Source of the DNA: a virus
Lineage: Duplodnaviria; Caudoviricetes
Strand: one strand, 5' to 3'
DNA: 55,626 bases
Virus record (IMG/VR): IMGVR_UViG_3300021495_000006
Location: 1-55,626 of that record
The notes under the pieces were generated by a model. That model worked only from the letters and a program-made list of their open reading frames with translations, did no database searches and had not been told where the DNA came from. The position numbers and the translations under genes are program-made. Within the stretch, counting starts at the first letter, position 1; the number at the start of each line of letters is the position of its first letter. Positions 1 to 8,334 of the stretch are shown here, piece by piece.

Positions 1-133
1 GATTGGTCGTCGGGTTCAGCACCGTCACCTTGCTGCCCGGCGGGATAGGCCGCGCCTGCCCAGGCGCACTTGACATCACAAAGGATTGGCCCTGAGGCGT
101 CTCTACTAGGATTTGGGGATAGTAGAAAAGCTC
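1..133. repeat. Terminal direct repeat / circular assembly overlap (copy 1)
   Basis: Identical to 55494-55626 except position 7 (T) vs 55500 (G). Confidence 0.95.
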
Positions 134-1006
134 CGTGGCCGTGGCGACCTTGCTCATGAGAATGCATTGCTGCCGCAAGATGTTGTCTAATGGGTCAAGC
201 ACGCTTCGGCCAAGCCATTCGGCCTCCGCTAACGGCGTCTCTTCGCAGAAAGCAAAGGCATACGGGATTATGCCCTCCTCTTCATCGCCCAACTTGTAAT
301 GATGGGGCATCAGCCATACCCATTGCCCTGCTATACGAAGTCCCTTATTGGTCGTGTCCCAGTATTCCACCACTTCGACTTTATCGGTATCGGTGTACTC
401 TGTGAGGTCGGGCATCCGCCAGATCACAGCTTCGGGGTCTCGCTTCTTTTCCAACAGGCCGCGCAGCTCCCGCTTTATGTCGCCCACATAGCGGTCATAT
501 TTCTCCACGACATAGAGAGGGCCTGTGACACCAAACACCGGATACACGTTATACGGGTCGCGGTCGAGGATGCGGATGGGGAAGTAGTTGGTGTCCACGA
601 AGTGCGGAAAGAACAACGTCTTGAAGACGCCCCATCCCCGGAAGAGGAACCAGAACACGAAGTTGGCATAAGCGCTTCGCCCGGTCTCAAACTCGCTGGC
701 GGCCCGCACAGCATGGAGGTATCGCTCCAACTTGGTGCACCGCTCTTGCTCCTCATCACTTTCCTCCTGCGGGAGCACTTGAATGGTCAAGTCTGGGGCC
801 ACCGCCAGGAAGGATTGGAACATCTTGAGGATGGCTTGGGCCCTGGGTGAAGCCACCAGCTCCAAGTTCTGGTCTTCGACATCCTGCTCGATGTCGAATT
901 CCATCTTGAAAAGCTCCTCGACCGCGTCCATGCGGCTGTTGCGCTCGGTGTATTGATTTATCGCAAAGGTGATTTTGTCGTCAACATCACTCAGTAGGTT
1001 TGCCAT
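1..1006 (-). CDS. Portal protein, N-terminal part (continues across the circular junction; ~618 aa total)
   Basis: Manual translation from ATG at 1006 (MANLLSDVDDKITF...PIRILDRDPYNVYP...VEVVEYW) is open to base 1 and in frame with ORF 54643-55572; directly follows the large terminase. Confidence 0.85.
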   Translation of the reverse strand, partial: MANLLSDVDDKITFAINQYTERNSRMDAVEELFKMEFDIEQDVEDQNLELVASPRAQAILKMFQSFLAVAPDLTIQVLPQEESDEEQERCTKLERYLHAVRAASEFETGRSAYANFVFWFLFRGWGVFKTLFFPHFVDTNYFPIRILDRDPYNVYPVFGVTGPLYVVEKYDRYVGDIKRELRGLLEKKRDPEAVIWRMPDLTEYTDTDKVEVVEYWDTTNKGLRIAGQWVWLMPHHYKLGDEEEGIIPYAFAFCEETPLAEAEWLGRSVLDPLDNILRQQCILMSKVATATELFYYPQILVETPQGQSFVMSSAPGQARPIPPGSKVTVLNPTTN

Positions 1007-1037
1007 TCATCATCGCCAACATCGTATTTTTGCTCCT

Positions 1038-2438
1038 TCACTTGCGCACCTTGAATATTTGCCCCCAAGGACGCGGCCCGACCGCAGGTATCTCCACTGG
1101 TGGGTGCTCGACGTAACCGAACCTATCCACAAGGCCATAGGTAAGAGCCTTTATCGCATCGTTGTGCTGGTTAATCGGCTTCTCCCCGGCCACTCTCTCT
1201 TCAGGCCGGCGCCGCCACTGATACTTTGCAAATTCCTGGATGGTCTTGGTGCACTTGGGCGAGAAGAATATCCGGGGCGCTCCCGTCAATGGGTCTTTGC
1301 GTAGAAAGCTCCGCAGCCGCTCTCTCCCCGCCTCCTCCGGCACCGGCTGGCTCCTGAGGTAAATCCCCGCCTTGGCTTGCCAAATCTCTATCTGCGACGT
1401 GTTGGCATGGTGCTGCCGCCCGGCAAAGTCAATCACGCCTCCCTCGACATTGCTCCACCAGGGCCGGTTCATCGCCATCTCTACAATCTCTTCGCCGGTC
1501 ATGCCATGCTCGTGAATCTCGTCAATCACAAAGACGACCTGGCCCATGACCTGCACAGCGAGGACTGCGTAAGCACTCTCCCCATACCCCGGGTCGACCC
1601 ATACCTCTACCGGCCACGATGGGTCGAACTCCACAAACTCGCGCACGTGGGTGGCCACATCGAACTCCGGGAATACCAGCGTCTCAGGCGGCTGTGGCTG
1701 GGCCCCGAACTTCCGCAAGAAATCGCGTTTGGTGTAAACCGCTTCCAGCGCTTTAATCTCTGGATCATCCCGCCCACCGGGGAACACAACCGTATTGCTC
1801 CACGTCGGCAGGCTGAAGCTCTCGCCGCCCTCCTCGTTGGCACCCTGCCAGCGCCGCCACAACTGAGCCTGCCACCCGGTATCATCTGGAAAGGTGCCCG
1901 ACAGAATGAGACGCCCCCGCTTCTCCGCCACACGGCCCCGCGCTGCTAAATACACATCATACGGCAACGCCTCAAACTCTGTCAGCAAAATCATGTCTGG
2001 GGCTTCGCCCCGCGCCGTCAATGCCCGTGGGCCCGTATTATGCACCGAGATGGTCAGGATACGCTTGAGATAAAACTTGCCCTTCCACTTAAAGGCCAGC
2101 TCCAACATGCACCGGCCTTGGCCCGATGCTGGCCGTGAACGCCGGGCAATGAGCTTGGCCCCGGTCTGTTGCTCTAGTAGCCGAAAATACAAATCAAGGT
2201 AGTCGAACTCGGCCAGCGTATTCTCATACTTCCAACCGACAATGTAGAGCAAATCCCAGGCGTGCCAGCAACCGAAGGCCTCCATCGCCGTGGACCGGCT
2301 CTTGCCCCCGCGCCAGCCGCCGCCGATGAGGATAAGCCGCGCCTGCGATTGGTGCACCGGCAACTGGGCCTCAGTGGGCGTGTACCCCACCTGTTGGAAC
2401 CATATCGCTTTCTTCTCGAATGTCGGCCACGTCGCCAT
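1038..2438 (-). CDS. terL: Terminase large subunit
   Basis: Q motif (PTEAQ), Walker A GGWRGGKS, SGT coupling motif, RNase H-like nuclease motif WVDPGYG; upstream of portal. Confidence 0.9.
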   Translation of the reverse strand: MATWPTFEKKAIWFQQVGYTPTEAQLPVHQSQARLILIGGGWRGGKSRSTAMEAFGCWHAWDLLYIVGWKYENTLAEFDYLDLYFRLLEQQTGAKLIARRSRPASGQGRCMLELAFKWKGKFYLKRILTISVHNTGPRALTARGEAPDMILLTEFEALPYDVYLAARGRVAEKRGRLILSGTFPDDTGWQAQLWRRWQGANEEGGESFSLPTWSNTVVFPGGRDDPEIKALEAVYTKRDFLRKFGAQPQPPETLVFPEFDVATHVREFVEFDPSWPVEVWVDPGYGESAYAVLAVQVMGQVVFVIDEIHEHGMTGEEIVEMAMNRPWWSNVEGGVIDFAGRQHHANTSQIEIWQAKAGIYLRSQPVPEEAGRERLRSFLRKDPLTGAPRIFFSPKCTKTIQEFAKYQWRRRPEERVAGEKPINQHNDAIKALTYGLVDRFGYVEHPPVEIPAVGPRPWGQIFKVRK

Positions 2439-2598
2439 ACTCCAACACCCAATCGCCAGTTTTTACATCACGCCAAAGCCGCCAAGTCCCTTGGCGTGGA
2501 ACATCTAGGCCCAAGCAGAATAGCCGCCATTCCGCACGGGAAGATGGCAACTTGGGTAGTTGCATTAACTCATAGTCAGATATGCGCCTTGTGGCCAT
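2371..2598 (-). CDS. Hypothetical protein
   Basis: ORF tightly packed between neighbours on the coding strand. Confidence 0.55.
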   Translation of the reverse strand: MATRRISDYELMQLPKLPSSRAEWRLFCLGLDVPRQGTWRLWRDVKTGDWVLEYGDVADIREESDMVPTGGVHAH

Positions 2599-2979
2599 TT
2601 AGCCACGCCTCTGCAACTGCTGGATAATCTCACGAAGTTCGTCAAGCAGGGCTATGGCACGGGCAAGCAACTCGGGCTGAATATGCTCCCCCAACCACAC
2701 GGGCGTTGTCGTTGTGGTGGTGGGTTGTGTCGTCGAATCCAAATAAGGCCACGTGGTCACATCCGGCGTGTAGTGCTCGATCTCATCATTCGGCGTCGGC
2801 ACCCCCCAAAGAAAGCGGCACACCTTCTGCCAACAGGCTTCACAGAGGTTGTGCCCTCCGGTCTCCCATGCTTGGGGGCCGACAGCAATGACGTGATAAT
2901 AACGCTCATCACACCCAAGGCGACGCTTGCATACGTCACACGTCACCTTTCCCTCCTTGCGCATCTTCCCCCTCCACAT
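2599..2979 (-). CDS. Hypothetical Zn-finger protein
   Basis: CDVC...CEAC pairs. Confidence 0.6.
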   Translation of the reverse strand: MWRGKMRKEGKVTCDVCKRRLGCDERYYHVIAVGPQAWETGGHNLCEACWQKVCRFLWGVPTPNDEIEHYTPDVTTWPYLDSTTQPTTTTTTPVWLGEHIQPELLARAIALLDELREIIQQLQRRG

Positions 2980-3334
2980 TCCCCAATAGCTCCGCCAATT
3001 CCGGCGATACCTCCATCGCCACCGTTTGGCCCTTCACCAGCCCCGCCCTGTCCGCAATCTCCACCGCCGCCTTTAAGCGCCAGGGATAATGGCGAAGATC
3101 CAAGCCCTCCACAAATACCTGAGCCGCCCTCATAAGATGGGCCTCCAAAATCTTCCGCGCCATCTCCACCGGCTCCTGAAGGGCGCGCTCATAGGCAGCG
3201 CGGAATTCCGGGTTCTTGCGCTTCCAATCGCTCACCTGCTGTGGACGCACACCAGCCCGCCGCGCCGCCTCAATATCCGTTCTCACTAATGGCCTCTCGG
3301 CCAAAAACCGAAGCTGGAGCCCCGTTAGTGCCAT
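2936..3334 (-). CDS. terS: Terminase small subunit (N-terminal HTH)
   Basis: EAARRAGV...VSDWKRKNPEFRAAY HTH pattern typical of small terminases; near terL. Confidence 0.75.
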   Translation of the reverse strand: MALTGLQLRFLAERPLVRTDIEAARRAGVRPQQVSDWKRKNPEFRAAYERALQEPVEMARKILEAHLMRAAQVFVEGLDLRHYPWRLKAAVEIADRAGLVKGQTVAMEVSPELAELLGNVEGEDAQGGKGDV

Positions 3335-3361
3335 AATCCTTCTGCTTTTTACCCAATATTA

Positions 3362-3670
3362 CTACACGCAATGGCCTTTCAGCCATTGGCCCAATAATTC
3401 GTATAATGCCCCCTCGGCCTCCTCAAGATCGGCCAACAAGCTGGGCAACTGGGGGAGATCGCCAGTATACACGCAATCATCCACAGCCTCGTGAGCCTTT
3501 CGGTATTGCTCCCACTCAGGCTTCCCACGAATCCACTTCTCCCATTGGGCCCAGCATTCCCCGCATAAAGTCACCCACGGGCCACCGACCTTAACTCCAA
3601 CCAAATGCCTAACCCCCGTGGGCTTCCCGCACCTCTCGCACACGAACACCGTTGACACCTTATTATCCAC
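3362..3670 (-). CDS. Zn-finger protein, paralog B
   Basis: FVCERCGKP...TLCGEC; aligns with the upstream gene. Confidence 0.7.
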   Translation of the reverse strand: MDNKVSTVFVCERCGKPTGVRHLVGVKVGGPWVTLCGECWAQWEKWIRGKPEWEQYRKAHEAVDDCVYTGDLPQLPSLLADLEEAEGALYELLGQWLKGHCV

Positions 3671-3932
3671 CCCTCAACCATTGGCCCGACAATTCGTAGA
3701 GTGCTTCCTCAGCCTTCTCAACCGCATCCAGCAAGTCGGGCAACTTCCGGAGATCACCAACATGCACACGCGCCTCAAGGGACATCGCGGCTCCCCGGTA
3801 TCGCCGCCATTCGGGTCTCGCACAGAGCCATTCTATCCATTTGTTGGCACACTCATTGCACAGCGTCACCACCCGGCCACCGGCCAACTGCCTAGCGCTG
3901 CCGGGCTTGCCGCATTTCTCGCAGACGAACAT
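3663..3932 (-). CDS. Zn-finger protein, paralog A
   Basis: AGGAGG RBS then ATG at 3932 (MFVCEKCGKP...TLCNEC). Confidence 0.7.
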   Translation of the reverse strand: MFVCEKCGKPGSARQLAGGRVVTLCNECANKWIEWLCARPEWRRYRGAAMSLEARVHVGDLRKLPDLLDAVEKAEEALYELSGQWLRGG

Positions 3933-3961
3933 CGCTTTTCCTCCTTTTACCACTCGTGGCC

Positions 3962-4276
3962 CTAACGCCTCTTCCTCGCCCTTGTCCGAGCCGCCTTCCG
4001 AGCCGCCTTCTTCAGGATGCCCTTCCTCCGCTTGGTAGCCACGGCCTTTCTTGCCCCTCGCTTCCTCGCAGTCTTTGAGGGCTTGGGCAACTTCCGCAGG
4101 ACATTGACATAAAGGTTCGCCTGGCTCCACTTGACTTTGCCCGCTTTCTTCCGGCCCTGCCTCAAAATTTTCTTGGCATAAGCCAGTGTAGACATCCCCG
4201 CCCGCTTAGCAGCTTTGCTCAAAGCACCCGGCCTTTTAATAGCAGGCCGAATCCATTTCTTCTTCCGCTTTGCCAT
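3962..4276 (-). CDS. Highly basic Lys/Arg-rich protein
   Basis: KKKWIRPAIKRPGAL motif; extremely K/R/A-rich. Confidence 0.7.
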   Translation of the reverse strand: MAKRKKKWIRPAIKRPGALSKAAKRAGMSTLAYAKKILRQGRKKAGKVKWSQANLYVNVLRKLPKPSKTARKRGARKAVATKRRKGILKKAARKAARTRARKRR

Positions 4277-4447
4277 TTACCTCCTACGCCTCCGTCTCTT
4301 CGATTTCTTCCTCCTTCTCACACGCTCTGGCAATGCACTGTATTTTACACCGCGCGTCCATTCCTTCCACTGCTTGCGGGTAAGCTTGCCCTGCTGCAAC
4401 AATAACCTTAGTTTTCTCCACTGCGCCTTTGACCTCACCGGCGACAT
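4277..4447 (-). CDS. Small basic protein
   Basis: MSPVRSKAQWRK... with poly-Arg tail. Confidence 0.6.
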   Translation of the reverse strand: MSPVRSKAQWRKLRLLLQQGKLTRKQWKEWTRGVKYSALPERVRRRKKSKRRRRRR

Positions 4448-4510
4448 TGTGACATCCTTCACACAAACCTTAAAATTTTGAGAATTTTACAAAAATCTTG
4501 TGCAAAACCC

Positions 4511-4539
4511 TTGACAAGACGTTGATTTTGTTGTATAAT
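4511..4539 (+). promoter_or_regulatory. Consensus sigma70-type promoter
   Basis: TTGACA-17 bp-TATAAT with AT-rich upstream region. Confidence 0.85.
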
Positions 4540-4580
4540 ATGACCAAAAATAATGGCCACGGCTTAGAAGGGAGGAAATC

Positions 4581-4790
4581 ATGGCTACTACATATTACGA
4601 AGTCCAGTGCTCATCGGGCGAGGAGCGGCTTTCGACCTTACCCCCTGATTGGCAGGCTGCGCTTGCAGAGGCACGCGAGCGCTGGCCGGACTACGACAAT
4701 TCTGAGTTGCTAGTGTATGAAGTAGATTGGACAAATCAGCGTCAACGGCCCATTTGGAACGATGGGCCAGGAGCATGGAGCGCATGGTGA
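4581..4790 (+). CDS. Hypothetical protein (plus-strand cassette gene 1)
   Basis: GGAGG RBS, downstream of the consensus promoter. Confidence 0.75.
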   Translation: MATTYYEVQCSSGEERLSTLPPDWQAALAEARERWPDYDNSELLVYEVDWTNQRQRPIWNDGPGAWSAW

Positions 4791-4861
4791 AAAGCCCAGC
4801 CAAGCAGAAGCCAACACAGCGAACACGCCGGGGTGAGAGGCCCGGCAAGGGAGGACACAAA

Positions 4862-5080
4862 ATGCTTATGAGCCAAAGACGTTTACGTGAATTCAGCGTG
4901 GACGGGCAAGTCGAATTCCGGGCTTGCTGCCCCGTATGTGGGCGGAACCTCCTCGGCGAGAAATTGGTCCGTATGTGGTATGTAGAGCCACAATACTCCA
5001 AAACCTTCTTTGAAACGGAATCCGGCCACGTTCTTGTCTACAACACTGTTGATTTACGCCGCATTGTGCACCCGGAATGA
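4862..5080 (+). CDS. Hypothetical protein with CxxC (plus-strand cassette gene 2)
   Basis: GGAGG RBS before ATG 4862; CPVCG; followed by terminator. Confidence 0.7.
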   Translation: MLMSQRRLREFSVDGQVEFRACCPVCGRNLLGEKLVRMWYVEPQYSKTFFETESGHVLVYNTVDLRRIVHPE

Positions 5081-5089
5081 CCACCCACC

Positions 5090-5118
5090 AGCCGCCCTTC
5101 GGGGCGGCTTTTTTATTC
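5090..5118 (+). terminator. Intrinsic terminator
   Basis: AGCCGCCC-TTCG-GGGCGGCT then T-tract. Confidence 0.85.
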
Positions 5119-5231
5119 GTCAAACACGCCCCATACCAAGCTCGACGAATCCAGGAACCACCGGCCCACCACAAACAGGTAATGCGCCAACTTCGCCCGC
5201 CACCGCTTGGGACAATGCCGCAATAAGCGCC

Positions 5232-5570
5232 TCACGGCTCCTCCTTTAAATAGCTTGCCCACGGCTCCTCGCTATAATCATAATGATACCGGCGAGCCAT
5301 GATCTCTAATGCCCTCTGGCGCCACTTATAATTGTGAGCCTTCTCATGGCATTCCACGCAGATGCAGGCCATGTTCTTGGGCGCCCACAACTTGTCCTCT
5401 GGTAAGCCCCTAGAACGCGGGATGATGTGGTGCACAGCCCCGGCCCAGCGCCCGCAGTAAATGCACAGGCCGCGATCCCGCCAGATCACATCCGCCCGCG
5501 CCTGCTTCTTCTCTTTCTCGCTTAAACGACGGGAAACCGCCTTGGCCTTCGCCTGCCCCATCCCTCCCAT
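5232..5570 (-). CDS. HNH endonuclease (possibly packaging-associated)
   Basis: RDRGLCIYCG...VHHIIPRS...NMACICVECHEKAH; GGAGG RBS before ATG 5570. Confidence 0.8.
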   Translation of the reverse strand: MGGMGQAKAKAVSRRLSEKEKKQARADVIWRDRGLCIYCGRWAGAVHHIIPRSRGLPEDKLWAPKNMACICVECHEKAHNYKWRQRALEIMARRYHYDYSEEPWASYLKEEP

Positions 5571-5800
5571 TCGCGCAAAACCTCCTCCGCCAGCCCCACC
5601 CGCTCCGCCCGGCGGCGCTCCCATAACAGCGCTAACTCTCGCTCTATCGCACGCAAGCGCCGCACCTGCTTTGGCTCCTCGCTAATCCATAAACACCCAA
5701 AAGGACGCGAAGCTGCCGTAGCAGCAATGATGCCGCAAAGCTCGCTGTAAAGCTGGCGCTGCTCTTCTGCCAGCGCATTAATGGTGTCAAGCGTGCTCAT
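5522..5800 (-). CDS. Hypothetical coiled-coil protein
   Basis: ATGA overlap with the upstream gene. Confidence 0.6.
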   Translation of the reverse strand: MSTLDTINALAEEQRQLYSELCGIIAATAASRPFGCLWISEEPKQVRRLRAIERELALLWERRRAERVGLAEEVLREWEGWGRRRPRRFPVV

Positions 5801-6015
5801 ATCACGTCCCGCTGGGCCCGGATGAGGCTTTGCAAGATGCTCTTGACATCAGATAGCACACGCTCCCTGGCCCGCAGCTCTCGGAATTTGGCCTCGGCCT
5901 CCGGCAATGCCTCTGCAATGTTCAACATCTCATCGCAGACATCGGCCAAGAGGCGGCAAAGCTCGTCATAGTTGAGCTCTAAGAGCTCTTCACGCGAGGG
6001 CCTATCCAGTTGCAT
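5797..6015 (-). CDS. Hypothetical coiled-coil protein
   Basis: AAGGAG RBS; heptad pattern. Confidence 0.65.
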   Translation of the reverse strand: MQLDRPSREELLELNYDELCRLLADVCDEMLNIAEALPEAEAKFRELRARERVLSDVKSILQSLIRAQRDVI

Positions 6016-6102
6016 CGCTCCGCTCCTTTTAACAATTCACGCAAAAATTTTTTATTTTTAAGCGGCATTCTGACGCGCCCGCCCCACCCCGCCGCTCCAC
6101 CT

Positions 6103-6149
6103 ACAAAGACAAAGCGCCCGGCATACCCCTAGAGGTATGGCCGGGCGCT
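6103..6149 (-). terminator. Intrinsic terminator ending the ncRNA
   Basis: AGCGCCCGG(C)CATACC-loop-GGTATGCCGGGCGCT followed by TTGTCTTTGT. Confidence 0.75.
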
Positions 6150-6415
6150 CATCTCCGGCTAAGTTCCCCACCGTAAGCTGTGATGATTGCTGCAAGGGGA
6201 TTGCGCATTTATGATATTTTAGGATAAATGCCCCAGGCACTCCCCAGCCGCCGGGCCCCACAGCGTCCTGGGGCCACCACTAACCAACGGCGCTTCGATG
6301 GGGGAGCACATCGTCTTGGTCAGCTATGCGCACTCGCTGACCTGCGCCTATAGCCTGACATCCCCGAGGAAACGCCAGGGCGTATTAATGTTACTGCACA
6401 ACACGTTCAGGCCCT
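6103..6415 (-). ncRNA. Unidentified structured non-coding RNA (~310 nt)
   Basis: Bracketed by promoter and terminator, no credible ORF; multiple stems and two pseudoknots. Confidence 0.6.
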
Positions 6416-6421
6416 ATAATA

Positions 6422-6450
6422 TATATAGCATACTTTGGCGATCTTGTCAA
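6422..6450 (-). promoter_or_regulatory. sigma70-type promoter for the ncRNA
   Basis: TTGACA-17 bp-TATATA with extended -10 TG. Confidence 0.65.
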
Positions 6451-6458
6451 GTCTCAAT

Positions 6459-6668
6459 CTAACAGCTTTTGCGTTTAGCCCACAACGTCTCTATCGCTGC
6501 CTGAGCGAAGTAGAATTCGCGGGTTGCCCCGCATTTCGAGCACTTGATAATGCCCTGTGTGATAATGTCGCCCGTCTCCGCCCGCTCCAAGCGGTGATGT
6601 GGGTTGGTAATGATCCAGCCCAACACCGCTCCACAGTTGCGGCATCGCCAGGGTTTCTTTTCACTCAT
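6459..6668 (-). CDS. Com-like zinc-ribbon protein
   Basis: WRCRNCGAVLG...IKCSKCG resembles the Mu Com family. Confidence 0.6.
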   Translation of the reverse strand: MSEKKPWRCRNCGAVLGWIITNPHHRLERAETGDIITQGIIKCSKCGATREFYFAQAAIETLWAKRKSC

Positions 6669-7317
6669 GGCTCTCCTCCTCTAAACCAGGCCAATGGAAG
6701 TGTTGGAGGATAACTTCCGGGTTGGCCGTTAATTTCCATTGACCTGCTTTTTCATCCACCCACTCCGCGTATCCGCTAGCCAGCAGCAGGTCGCGGAAGT
6801 GCTTATACTGCTCTAACAGCACCACATCCTGCATGGCCGCCCAAGATGGATTAATGGCCGCCATGCGAACGAAGCGGGCAAAAGCTCCCGCTTCTGCTTT
6901 TAAAGCCCCCGGTGGAGCCCCACGGGGCACCATCATCACCACGTGTGTACCCGTTCCCTCCGCCAGGAATTTCTCAGCCCAATGGTAGAAGGCACGTTCA
7001 CGTGGTGCCAATGGGCCCTTCGGGTTCCACAGGTCGTAGGCCACCCGGTACACGCCGAAACCTGTAGCTATGGTCACGCCCAAGCTCACAAAGAATAGCC
7101 ACGGCGCGTACCAAGGAGAATCCCCAAGGGGCTTGCCATACTTGATGAAGCTATACCACACAGCCAAGAATGCTGCAATCATGAAGGCCAACAGGCAGAA
7201 TTGGAGAAATGTGACAAGCACTTGGGTGCGCCAGTCATATTTGACTTGCTCCCGCCATTCAGGTTCTTGGCGAGAGCGCAGCAAGACGTAGGTAAGGATG
7301 CGGTCAAAGTCCATCAT
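6661..7317 (-). CDS. Membrane protein (two TM helices)
   Basis: Two hydrophobic segments in the N-terminal half. Confidence 0.65.
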   Translation of the reverse strand: MMDFDRILTYVLLRSRQEPEWREQVKYDWRTQVLVTFLQFCLLAFMIAAFLAVWYSFIKYGKPLGDSPWYAPWLFFVSLGVTIATGFGVYRVAYDLWNPKGPLAPRERAFYHWAEKFLAEGTGTHVVMMVPRGAPPGALKAEAGAFARFVRMAAINPSWAAMQDVVLLEQYKHFRDLLLASGYAEWVDEKAGQWKLTANPEVILQHFHWPGLEEESHE

Positions 7318-7507
7318 CGTCCCCTTGCGTGAGCAGCGCCTGGGTGTCGCACTTTCCCACTGCTATGCCCGTTGCCAATGCGACAGCGATTAAAGCGGCC
7401 TCAAAACCGCGACGGAACTCGCCGTCGCCACCTGCGTCCAACATCGCCTGGCGAGCAGCTAAGAGTATATGCTCTATGTCTTCCCTAAAGAAGATGTCTA
7501 AGCCCAT
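7304..7507 (-). CDS. Hypothetical protein
   Basis: TGATG overlap start, MGLDIFFREDI... Confidence 0.6.
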   Translation of the reverse strand: MGLDIFFREDIEHILLAARQAMLDAGGDGEFRRGFEAALIAVALATGIAVGKCDTQALLTQGDDDGL

Positions 7508-7905
7508 CACGCGCCCTCCTCCGGTGGCGGCTCCCCTGTCGCGGGGCGTATAATACCCACCACCTGGCCGCCAGAGTGCAATAGCCATTCGGAATCAACA
7601 CGCGAGGCAGCAGAGAAGCATACTACCAAATCATCATCCCACTCAAAGATTGAGCCATCGTACAAATTGAGAAATAATCCCGGCTTGAGGCGGCGGCATA
7701 GTATCATCGGAGTACACTTCGTGAAATCCTTATTATAACACTTGATAAGCATGGCCTCGCCGGGTTCTGGTTGCCGGAAAAGCCCATATACTGCTGGCGA
7801 GTCTAATCCGGCAGCAGCAAGCCATTCATGCTTGCTCGCGCCACCGACTCCCCTTAAATCCTCCATCCACTGCCGCTGTCTGGCATTAGGTAGCTTCATA
7901 CTCAC
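7507..7905 (-). CDS. Hypothetical protein
   Basis: GGAGG RBS, operon packing. Confidence 0.6.
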   Translation of the reverse strand: MSMKLPNARQRQWMEDLRGVGGASKHEWLAAAGLDSPAVYGLFRQPEPGEAMLIKCYNKDFTKCTPMILCRRLKPGLFLNLYDGSIFEWDDDLVVCFSAASRVDSEWLLHSGGQVVGIIRPATGEPPPEEGA

Positions 7906-8200
7906 CTCCTAAGCCATCCCCAAACCAATCCCGGAAGTCCCTACTGCGTAGAATAACTAAATCGTCATCGTATTCCTCACCCGGCTGGTGCCATACCACA
8001 ATGGCAAGCTGGCCGGGTTGAGCATTTGCGAGGGCCTGGCCCATCCATTCGCACAGATACTGAGGCATGGCGCGGCATTTAATCTCAATGGCCAGCCAGG
8101 GATGGACACAGTCGCTATCATCCCGCCCTGTGGGACCGCGCCTTTTGCCTCCGAAGAGAGCGCATATCTTGCGCTCGGCTTTCTTCCACAGCTTCTCCAT
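7886..8200 (-). CDS. Holliday junction resolvase (Hjc-like PD-(D/E)XK)
   Basis: WKKAERK...SDC...AIEIK motif. Confidence 0.7.
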   Translation of the reverse strand: MEKLWKKAERKICALFGGKRRGPTGRDDSDCVHPWLAIEIKCRAMPQYLCEWMGQALANAQPGQLAIVVWHQPGEEYDDDLVILRSRDFRDWFGDGLGGEYEAT

Positions 8201-8334
8201 CGGCTTCCTCCGTCAGCGGCTTGGGGGTGTCATAAAGCTCCACCCATTCGCTACAATCCTCACAGCGGCCAGATTTAGGCCGCTTTTTCAGCCAACATTT
8301 GCCCCACCAGCAAGGCATGTCAGGCCTCCTGCCG

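Noticed and set aside
6103-6415. tmRNA, RNase P RNA or SRP RNA
   Set aside because: No tRNA-like T-arm/CCA end or tag ORF, no GAGGAAAGUCC core on the transcribed strand, no SRP loop motif
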